NCBI GenBank assembly: GCA_000402655.1
Contig: AQSI01000002.1
Span: 83,720 to 147,719, forward strand
Reading direction: 5' to 3'
Source of the DNA: Fidelibacterota bacterium SCGC AAA298-D23
GTDB taxonomy: Bacteria > Fidelibacterota > Marinisomatia > Marinisomatales > Marinisomataceae
Length of the DNA: 64,000 nt
The notes beneath the pieces are model-generated. The model had not been told where the DNA came from and did not search any database. It worked only from the letters and a program-made list of their open reading frames with translations. Numbering within the stretch: position 1 is the stretch's first letter; every line of letters starts with the position of its first letter. Positions 19,416 to 25,815 of this stretch are shown here, one piece after another. Made by a program: the position numbers and the translations under genes.

Positions 19416-19823
19416 GTGAAAAAAACTATCTTATCTGTATTAGTTGTAATTTTATTTGCTGTTTTTGTTCAAGAGAAAATCGTAGAACAAGATATTCGTA
19501 AAGCTATTGTTATTTTTAATGAAAATCCAACATTTACAAAAGAAACAATTGTTGAAGCAGACTTTGAAAACGCCGCAATAACAATGTTTACTGCTACATG
19601 GTGTGGTTTCTGTAAAGGTGCAAAGCAGTTACTTGATGAAAAAGGAATTTCATATTTTGAAGTAGATGTTGAAGAGTACAATATATCAAAGCGCAAGTTG
19701 AAAGAAATTGGTATTGAAGACTTTTTTGTTCCTCAAATATTTGTTGATGGTGTACCGATTGGTGGGTTTTCAGATCTGAAAAAAATCTTTGGCAGTGATA
19801 TGCCAGTTCCAGAAGTTTCATAA
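19416..19823 (+). CDS. Membrane-anchored glutaredoxin-like protein
   Basis: It has a CGFC active site and the VPQIFVDGVPIGGFSDL glutaredoxin signature. I prefer the GTG at 19416, preceded by AAAGGGG, over the TTG at 19392 used in the ORF track. Confidence 0.75.
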   Translation: MKKTILSVLVVILFAVFVQEKIVEQDIRKAIVIFNENPTFTKETIVEADFENAAITMFTATWCGFCKGAKQLLDEKGISYFEVDVEEYNISKRKLKEIGIEDFFVPQIFVDGVPIGGFSDLKKIFGSDMPVPEVS

Positions 19824-19846
19824 AATTAACCTTGGATTTGAAATAA

Positions 19847-19878
19847 AAAAGGCGCCTTTGACTTGGCGCCTTTTTTGT
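19847..19878. terminator. Bidirectional Rho-independent terminator
   Basis: AAAAAAGGCGCC-TTTGACTT-GGCGCCTTTTTT lies between convergent genes. Confidence 0.8.
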
Positions 19879-19899
19879 ATATGAGGTAACTAGAGATAA

Positions 19900-20457
19900 C
19901 TATTTTGAGTTGCTGAAAGCAAGACTTTCATCTTCTTCAACTTGACTAAGTTGAGGTTCAGTTTCATCAATTAAAATATCTTCTACTGCAACTTCGCTCT
20001 GTAAGACATCAAATACTTCATCCACGTAATTAGTTGAATATAGATTTCCGTTCCATTCAAATGTTTGTCCAGGACCTAATTCATTTCTAGCCACTAAAAA
20101 TGCCTCGTTAAAAGAGAGTACAGGGGTAGTTTCAATTACATCTAATGCTTCAACATTATCATGAAATGTTGGCACTGTTTCTGTAGCCATGGCTTCATCA
20201 TTGACTGAATTACCTACGTTGGTGTTATTAACATTCGAGGTAATTTCTACATCCACAGTGCCTTCATTGCTAAAGCTTTCTGAGATATTATCGGATAGTT
20301 CTACTTCATTGGATTGATCCATTAGAAAAAACAAGGAACCGATACTTAAAATTACACCTGCTAATACGAATTTTTCAACATTATTATACATATTTTTAAC
20401 TCCATTTGTTATGCCTCTTAATGTCTCTTTCATATTTTGTATACAATTTGTTTTCAT
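19900..20457 (-). CDS. Hypothetical membrane-anchored protein with C-terminal 'ELGPG' domain
   Basis: 185 aa with one TM helix. The C-terminal block SFNEAFLVARNELGPGQTFEWNGNLYSTNY is paralogous to the one in 21776..22162. Confidence 0.6.
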   Translation of the reverse strand: MKTNCIQNMKETLRGITNGVKNMYNNVEKFVLAGVILSIGSLFFLMDQSNEVELSDNISESFSNEGTVDVEITSNVNNTNVGNSVNDEAMATETVPTFHDNVEALDVIETTPVLSFNEAFLVARNELGPGQTFEWNGNLYSTNYVDEVFDVLQSEVAVEDILIDETEPQLSQVEEDESLAFSNSK

Positions 20458-20487
20458 TTTTGTTTCAAATATTTTATATATTTAACC

Positions 20488-20769
20488 ATGGAAGAAACAA
20501 TAGGCATATCAGCATATCTTTTAGTTTGGGCTATATTAACTATCAAGTCATTTGATTTAGCGCAGTCTTTAAGAGTTGCAATAAATAATGGAGATACAGT
20601 TCGTCCAATTGCTAAAACGTTTACTTCCGTTTTTTGTATTATTGTTGGATTGCTTTTTATGCAAACACATTTATGGTTTGATATTTGGGACCAAGGGTTA
20701 GTTATGGCCATCCATTTATTTATCATTGGTTATCAAATGGTTATGATTTGGTATCCAAAACCTGAGTAA
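20488..20769 (+). CDS. Small integral membrane protein
   Basis: Three hydrophobic segments. The start at ATG 20488 (MEETIG...) avoids the overlap produced by the track's 20437 start. Confidence 0.45.
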   Translation: MEETIGISAYLLVWAILTIKSFDLAQSLRVAINNGDTVRPIAKTFTSVFCIIVGLLFMQTHLWFDIWDQGLVMAIHLFIIGYQMVMIWYPKPE

Positions 20770-20777
20770 TACATAAA

Positions 20778-21773
20778 ATGGAAAAAGTTTTCGTCAGTGG
20801 TGGTTCTGGATTTATATCACTACATCTTATCTCAAAGCTCATTCAAGAGGGCTACAAGGTACGTACATCCCTTCGATCTTTAGATCGCAAGCAAGAAGTG
20901 ATAGATGCAGTTGAAAAAGAGGTATCAACAGAAGGTATGCTCGAATTTTGTGAGCTGGATTTATTAAAAGATGAAGGGTGGGATGAAGCTGTTGCTGGAT
21001 GCGATTATGTGCAGCATATTGCCTCTCCAATACCTACTAGTCATTCCAACGACTACGATATAGTGGTCAAACCAGCTGTAAACGGTATTAAAAGGTGTTT
21101 AGAAGCTGCTTTAAAGAATAATATCAAACGTTTTGTAATGACGTCCTCAGTTGCAGCTGTAGGTGGCTCTAATCATAAAAATGAGTATGATGATTCCGAT
21201 TGGACTGATTTAAGCATGAATGTTGCACCATATCAGACCAGCAAGACTAAAGCTGAACGATTTTTATGGGATTTTATGGAAAAAAATAAAGATAAAACTG
21301 AAATGCAGGCTGTAGCTATTAATCCTTCACTGGTTGTAGGAAAATCTTTATCTAATGATGTCGGAACATCGAATTTAGTGGTCAAGCGTATGATTGATGG
21401 ATCATTGCCATTTGCTGCTAATATTTGTATCAATATTGTTCATATTAAATGTATTGCTGACTTGCATGTGCAAGCAATGACAGATGACAGAGCGGTAGGA
21501 AAACGATTTATAGCATCTACAAGACATATCTGGTTTCCTGAGCTAGCCAAATTATTAAGGAAAAATGGATATAATGCACCTAAAATTGAACTTCCATCAT
21601 TTCTTGTAAGGTTATATGCAATCTTTGATAAGCAGGTAAGACATTTAACAGCAGATATTGATATCACAAGAATTTATCATTCTAACAACGCTAAGAATAT
21701 CCTTGGTTGGAAGCCAAGAAGCGCTGAACAAGGTGTTTTAGAAGCGGCAGCTCAAATAAAACAGCTTTTATAA
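20778..21773 (+). CDS. NAD(P)-dependent epimerase/reductase of the extended SDR family
   Basis: 331 aa with GGSGFISLHL (the GxxGxxG motif) and the YQTSKTKAE (YxxxK) catalytic motif. Confidence 0.8.
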   Translation: MEKVFVSGGSGFISLHLISKLIQEGYKVRTSLRSLDRKQEVIDAVEKEVSTEGMLEFCELDLLKDEGWDEAVAGCDYVQHIASPIPTSHSNDYDIVVKPAVNGIKRCLEAALKNNIKRFVMTSSVAAVGGSNHKNEYDDSDWTDLSMNVAPYQTSKTKAERFLWDFMEKNKDKTEMQAVAINPSLVVGKSLSNDVGTSNLVVKRMIDGSLPFAANICINIVHIKCIADLHVQAMTDDRAVGKRFIASTRHIWFPELAKLLRKNGYNAPKIELPSFLVRLYAIFDKQVRHLTADIDITRIYHSNNAKNILGWKPRSAEQGVLEAAAQIKQLL

Positions 21774-21775
21774 AT

Positions 21776-22162
21776 TCATTTAGTGATTTTATTTAAAAAA
21801 GTATAGTTAATCTCATATTTATCACTGTCCTTATATGATCTAACTGCTACAACATCTCCTAATGTTTCTTCCGAAGCATAAGTTTTTTTATCTTTATTGA
21901 TATCTACAACTTCATCTGCAATGACAATAATGGTTTCATAATAAAAATTGGTAGTAAAGTATCGATTATTCCACATAAAAATTTTACCAGGGCCTAATTC
22001 TTTTCGTGCTTCTCTAAAGGCTTCTGAAAAGGAAATTTGATCTTCATTACGGTATTGTTCTAAATAGTACGTTCGTTCAATCATTCCATCACTATCTATT
22101 CGTTGATTATCATTTAAATCAGAAGAGTAGAAGGCAAGAAAGATATATAGATTTGCTAGCAT
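21776..22162 (-). CDS. Hypothetical protein with 'ELGPG' domain
   Basis: 128 aa. SFSEAFREARKELGPGKIFMWNNRYFTTNF is paralogous to the block in 19900..20457. Confidence 0.55.
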   Translation of the reverse strand: MLANLYIFLAFYSSDLNDNQRIDSDGMIERTYYLEQYRNEDQISFSEAFREARKELGPGKIFMWNNRYFTTNFYYETIIVIADEVVDINKDKKTYASEETLGDVVAVRSYKDSDKYEINYTFLNKITK

Positions 22163-22249
22163 TTAAGCTCCTTTTGAGTTATCCTCAAATTTCTTTCTCA
22201 ACTTCTTAACATTTTAATTGAAATAATGTTCCTTAATTTATAAATTATG

Positions 22250-22340
22250 GAATCATCAGGACGGGAGAAATCCCACCAACCGAGCTTAGGCCACGGTGGT
22301 TTGTCAAGTGACAGATGAGCAGCAATGCTGAAAATATCTG
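22250..22340 (+). other. GC-rich structured leader or small RNA candidate
   Basis: This segment is markedly GC-richer than its flanks. It contains a GGGA-GAAA-TCCC tetraloop hairpin, CCACC...GGTGG pairing and GTCA-AG-TGAC, and ends at the terminator listed next. Confidence 0.3.
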
Positions 22341-22364
22341 AAGCCCTCTGATGAGGGCTTTTTC
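22341..22364 (+). terminator. Rho-independent terminator/attenuator upstream of 22412 gene
   Basis: AAGCCCTC-TGAT-GAGGGCTT followed by TTTC. Confidence 0.6.
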
Positions 22365-22411
22365 ATTTAACACCTGATGTATTGAATTAATATTAATTAA
22401 GGAGGTACATC

Positions 22412-23056
22412 ATGAAACCATATAATTATGGGCAGGGAAGTAAGAAGTTGTGGTACAACGATTATCCCGAGCCGTCTTACAAACTCATCACCATAGACTT
22501 CTCGTATGCTATGGAGCGTTTTACAGTTTATTATCCTTTTGGACAGCGCTTTAAAGAAGATATTCCCTTAAAACGCTTTGAGGAGATTTATCAATGTCAT
22601 AAATGTCATGACTTTTATGGTCGATTAAGCGATTGGGAATATGAAATGAATCCTGAGGTGCGTAAAGTGAATAGTGAATTTTGCAGAGAGTTTCCAGATG
22701 AAGGAGGCTATTGGTTTATCCATTGTCATTGCGAAGGATATTTTTGCTCTAATTGTACTACTAGATTAAGTACGCGTCGTCATTTATCAAATAAGTTAAT
22801 ACTAACTCCAAAGGATAAAGATCAGGACTTTTATATTAGCTTTACAAGTGCTATGTCAATGATGCGACGAAGTGCAAAATTTGACTATCACTTCAATAGT
22901 TGTTTTCGTAAAAAGAAAAAGCAAAAGCATTTTATCGAATGGCGAAAACAATTTCAAAGAGAAAAACACCATAGTTTGATGCGTCATTGGTATTGGAATG
23001 TATGTTCAATCCACTTACAAAATATACTTGAAAGAGAGGTGGGTAGAAATGAGTAG
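22412..23056 (+). CDS. Cys/His-rich hypothetical protein (probable zinc-binding)
   Basis: 214 aa with a strong AAGGAGG SD. It has the clusters CHKCHDFYG and HCHCEGYFCSNC and a basic C-terminal half. Its GC content is higher than its neighbours. Confidence 0.65.
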   Translation: MKPYNYGQGSKKLWYNDYPEPSYKLITIDFSYAMERFTVYYPFGQRFKEDIPLKRFEEIYQCHKCHDFYGRLSDWEYEMNPEVRKVNSEFCREFPDEGGYWFIHCHCEGYFCSNCTTRLSTRRHLSNKLILTPKDKDQDFYISFTSAMSMMRRSAKFDYHFNSCFRKKKKQKHFIEWRKQFQREKHHSLMRHWYWNVCSIHLQNILEREVGRNE

Positions 23057-23291
23057 TCTGATTGTGAGTAAACATTTTATGGAACGATTTTTTGAACGAG
23101 TGTTAAAATCTGAATGTACTTATTGTCGTTATGATGTGTTAAATAAAATGCAAGAAATGATGCATCATTATGAGAGCAATGCTTTTAAAACATTCAAATC
23201 CTCCTCGAAAAAAGTAAAACTACCATTCGGAAAAAAATATCATGCTGTTGTACAAAATAATACGTTGATTACTTGCTATAAGGTCGATTAA
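23049..23291 (+). CDS. Small DUF4258-like protein (possible toxin), paralog of 24115..24363
   Basis: I prefer ATG 23049 (after GAGAGGTGGG), which overlaps the upstream stop. SKHFMERFFERVLK...KLPFGKKYHAVVQNNTLITCY shares both blocks with the 24115 gene. Confidence 0.55.
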   Translation: MSSLIVSKHFMERFFERVLKSECTYCRYDVLNKMQEMMHHYESNAFKTFKSSSKKVKLPFGKKYHAVVQNNTLITCYKVD

Positions 23292-23433
23292 AAGGAAAGA
23301 AAAATGAAATATTATAAAAAAACTTGATTTTAATTTTTAAAAATATTTATTTATTAGTGAGATATTTCTGATTTTTATCACCAATTCTCCGCAATACTTT
23401 AATCAAAAATTAAACAGGGAAAGGAACGCCTAT

Positions 23434-23706
23434 ATGACGCTACATTTATTTAATCCAAATTCAAAAGAATACAAAAAAATAGAACAAATCTATCAGAACA
23501 ATACATGCATGATCTGCAACCTTCCTATGAAGATGCATAGTTTATACTTCTTTTCATTTGACAAGGAAAAGGTAAAAGATGGAGAAATGCATGAAACATA
23601 CCATATTGGATGCAATAATTGCTTTTCGCTATATGACTCAGATTTTGTCTTGGTACAAATTGATATGAGACATTTCATTGGTTATACAATAAGAAATTTA
23701 GCTTAA
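23434..23706 (+). CDS. Small zinc-ribbon protein
   Basis: 90 aa with a GGAAAGGAA SD and two CxxC pairs (CMIC ... CNNC). Confidence 0.5.
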   Translation: MTLHLFNPNSKEYKKIEQIYQNNTCMICNLPMKMHSLYFFSFDKEKVKDGEMHETYHIGCNNCFSLYDSDFVLVQIDMRHFIGYTIRNLA

Positions 23707-23713
23707 CTACATA

Positions 23714-23739
23714 TTAAAATGTATTATATTACATTTTAA
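23714..23739. repeat. Perfect 10-bp inverted repeat (hairpin or operator)
   Basis: TTAAAATGTA (23714-23723) and TACATTTTAA (23730-23739) with a 6-nt loop, 8 nt after the stop of the 23434 gene. A related TACATTTTAAGATGTA sits in the 24051 promoter. Confidence 0.45.
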
Positions 23740-23844
23740 AATATATATAAAAATAACATTTATTTAGATTACGCAGTTTAACAATATAAGACAATTCAAG
23801 AAGAGTAGACGTAAGTATTAGTACTCGTTGCAACCAGCATAGAG

Positions 23845-23960
23845 CGTCGCAACGACTGGACAGTCTACAGTAGCTAAATCGTCGCAACGACTGGACAGTC
23901 TATAGTCGATAAATCGTCGCAACGACTGGAAAAGTCTACAGTCGCTAAAACGTCGCGAGC
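23845..23960. repeat. Three tandem 35/35/36-bp GC-rich direct repeats plus a partial fourth copy
   Basis: Copies are at 23845-23879, 23880-23914 and 23915-23950, and CGTCGC starts again at 23951. The first 23 nt of copies 1 and 2 are identical (CGTCGCAACGACTGGACAGTCTA). Each unit carries the mini-palindromes GTCG-CAA-CGAC and GACTG-GA-CAGTC. Confidence 0.9.
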
Positions 23961-24050
23961 ATGTATCTTAATCAATTAAAATTTGTAAAATCTTAATTTT
24001 TTTTCTCCTCATTAAAATTGTTTTGAAATACTTAAAAATTGAAAAACTAC

Positions 24051-24079
24051 TTGACATACATTTTAAGATGTAGTAAGTT
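24051..24079 (+). promoter_or_regulatory. Candidate sigma70-type promoter of the plus-strand island operon
   Basis: TTGACA (24051-24056), a 17-nt spacer, then TAAGTT (24074-24079). The spacer contains the inverted TACAT/ATGTA. Confidence 0.45.
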
Positions 24080-24114
24080 GATTCATGATTAAAAACTTAA
24101 CAAAGGAACAAAAC

Positions 24115-24363
24115 ATGCAATTATTAAACGGAATAAGAGTTACAAAGCACTTTATAGAACGTTATGCTGAAAGAGTGCTTAAAATTGGTAAATATAATTA
24201 CTCTGCAATGCGAATTAAAGTACTAGAAGATCTTATTGAACGTATGACTATGGTTGAAAAACAAAGCTTTGGTTTATTATGTTCATCTAGAAATTTAAAA
24301 TTTCCCCTTGGTGGAGTCTATAGAATGGTAATTTGTAACAAATCTTTAATAACAATATATTAA
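24115..24363 (+). CDS. Small DUF4258-like protein (possible toxin), paralog of 23049..23291
   Basis: ATG 24115 is preceded by an AAAGGAA SD. The track's ATG 24085 would sit at the predicted transcription start. TKHFIERYAERVLK...KFPLGGVYRMVICNKSLITIY matches the paralog. Confidence 0.6.
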   Translation: MQLLNGIRVTKHFIERYAERVLKIGKYNYSAMRIKVLEDLIERMTMVEKQSFGLLCSSRNLKFPLGGVYRMVICNKSLITIY

Positions 24364-24377
24364 TAATAGGAGTTAAA

Positions 24378-24593
24378 ATGTCATACGATGCAGAAAAAGT
24401 ACAATTAAAAGATATCATTGAAACATTTAAGAGTAAAGTACGTAGATTAAAAGGACTAACAAAATATATGCCTGGATTACTCCATGGAACAGTAGAAATG
24501 ATGGATGCGTTAATTTATAAATATGAAAATGATAAAATTTTAGATGTTGATAGCATACATTTTTATATGAAGGAAAATCATGACAAAAACTAA
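24378..24593 (+). CDS. Hypothetical small protein
   Basis: 71 aa with an AGGAG SD, 14 nt after the preceding stop. Confidence 0.55.
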   Translation: MSYDAEKVQLKDIIETFKSKVRRLKGLTKYMPGLLHGTVEMMDALIYKYENDKILDVDSIHFYMKENHDKN

Positions 24594-25815
24594 CTATTTA
24601 AAGCCAACTCTGCTTAAGACTACTAAAGAATCAAATATATGGTTTGAAAGAGTTTGGAAAGTAGACCCAAGTCTTCATTTGGAGTATACCAAATTACTTT
24701 CTGATATGAAGGAATTTAATAGAGATTCAAGCTTGGTTTACTCAACATTGCTTTCAGTTAATGAAAATGAAAAAAAACATTCGAGCAAAGATATTGATAA
24801 AGTTTTTAACTTAATACCTAATAATCACAATGATGCATGGGAGCAGCTTAATGCAGTTGTAAAAGTTGTTGATTCAAATAAAAAAAAGGCAAAAACATCT
24901 TATGTATTTGGTTCAAGAACTTTCAGAGATCCTTTAAGGAAAAAATTTTTTCTAGCCAAATATAGTGACGGAAAAAACACTTTTTTACATAGCAATCCCG
25001 TTACTAATCATGAAAATAATAAAGATATTGTTATAAATGTTTCACATAATATTAAAACTGACAATCCAACAAAAAAGAAAGGTTTAAATACTTCAAAAGA
25101 ATTATTATCAAAGTATCTTTCTAAAAAACCAATAAAATTCTCAAACTTTAAAAATGAAGAAAATATTGAATATGAGTTTACCTATCCAGTACTTCATTCA
25201 AAAGTTATAACATGTATCAGCTTTATTAAAAGAGCTGTTAGCATTTTTTTTAAATGCCACGGTATTAATTTTTCTTCTATAGATATTGTACCAATCTCAA
25301 ATACAAATTATGAAATATTTATTGCTAGTTCAGAGGCATCTGATGTTAATTCTTTTTGTTCACAGAATTCATATTTCACTTTTAATGGGTATATGGGTCC
25401 TGATGAGGTAGAATGTTCACCACTAGCTAATCATTTTAATTTGTTCTTGAATGAAATTTTTACAAAATCAAATCTCTATTATTTCAATCAAGATCTTTGG
25501 ATTTACTTAACTTTCAATATTTATTCCAGAGATAAATCACTTAGGTTCAATACAATTATGAATAAAAGAATGGAAAGAATAATTAAGACAATTCGATCTC
25601 TAAATAATTTACATCACAAAAATAATTATGAATTTGATAAAAGTGATTTTGATAATTCATATAACAACTTGGATGAAGCAATTAAAGATTATAAAGCTAT
25701 ATATGAACAATGGTTCAAAGATAATGCTATACCAAAATCTCCAGAGGAAGAAATTGAAATGCTAAAAAAAGAATTGGCTGAAAAACAAGAGCTTTTAAAG
25801 AAGTCAAAAAAATAA
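24580..25815 (+). CDS. Hypothetical protein (ORFan, Asn/Lys-rich, C-terminal coiled coil)
   Basis: 411 aa with a 14-nt overlap onto the upstream gene and no motif I recognise. Confidence 0.65.
   Translation: MTKTNYLKPTLLKTTKESNIWFERVWKVDPSLHLEYTKLLSDMKEFNRDSSLVYSTLLSVNENEKKHSSKDIDKVFNLIPNNHNDAWEQLNAVVKVVDSNKKKAKTSYVFGSRTFRDPLRKKFFLAKYSDGKNTFLHSNPVTNHENNKDIVINVSHNIKTDNPTKKKGLNTSKELLSKYLSKKPIKFSNFKNEENIEYEFTYPVLHSKVITCISFIKRAVSIFFKCHGINFSSIDIVPISNTNYEIFIASSEASDVNSFCSQNSYFTFNGYMGPDEVECSPLANHFNLFLNEIFTKSNLYYFNQDLWIYLTFNIYSRDKSLRFNTIMNKRMERIIKTIRSLNNLHHKNNYEFDKSDFDNSYNNLDEAIKDYKAIYEQWFKDNAIPKSPEEEIEMLKKELAEKQELLKKSKK

Noticed and set aside
22250-22364. Hammerhead ribozyme (CUGAUGA and GAAA boxes are both present)
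   Set aside because: The CTGATGA sits across the loop of the terminator hairpin. The GAAA is the tetraloop of a 4-bp hairpin. I could not draw stems I, II and III in any of the three hammerhead topologies.
22250-22364. SRP RNA, tmRNA 3' end or tRNA fragment marking an integration site
   Set aside because: There is no GGAA/AGCA domain-IV-like symmetric loop, no T-arm/acceptor (GGTTCGAnnCC...CCA-like) sequence, and no matching repeat at the other island border.
23845-23960. Possible CRISPR array
   Set aside because: The 35-bp units abut directly with no spacers. There are only about 3.3 copies, and no cas genes occur in the window. It is a plain tandem repeat.
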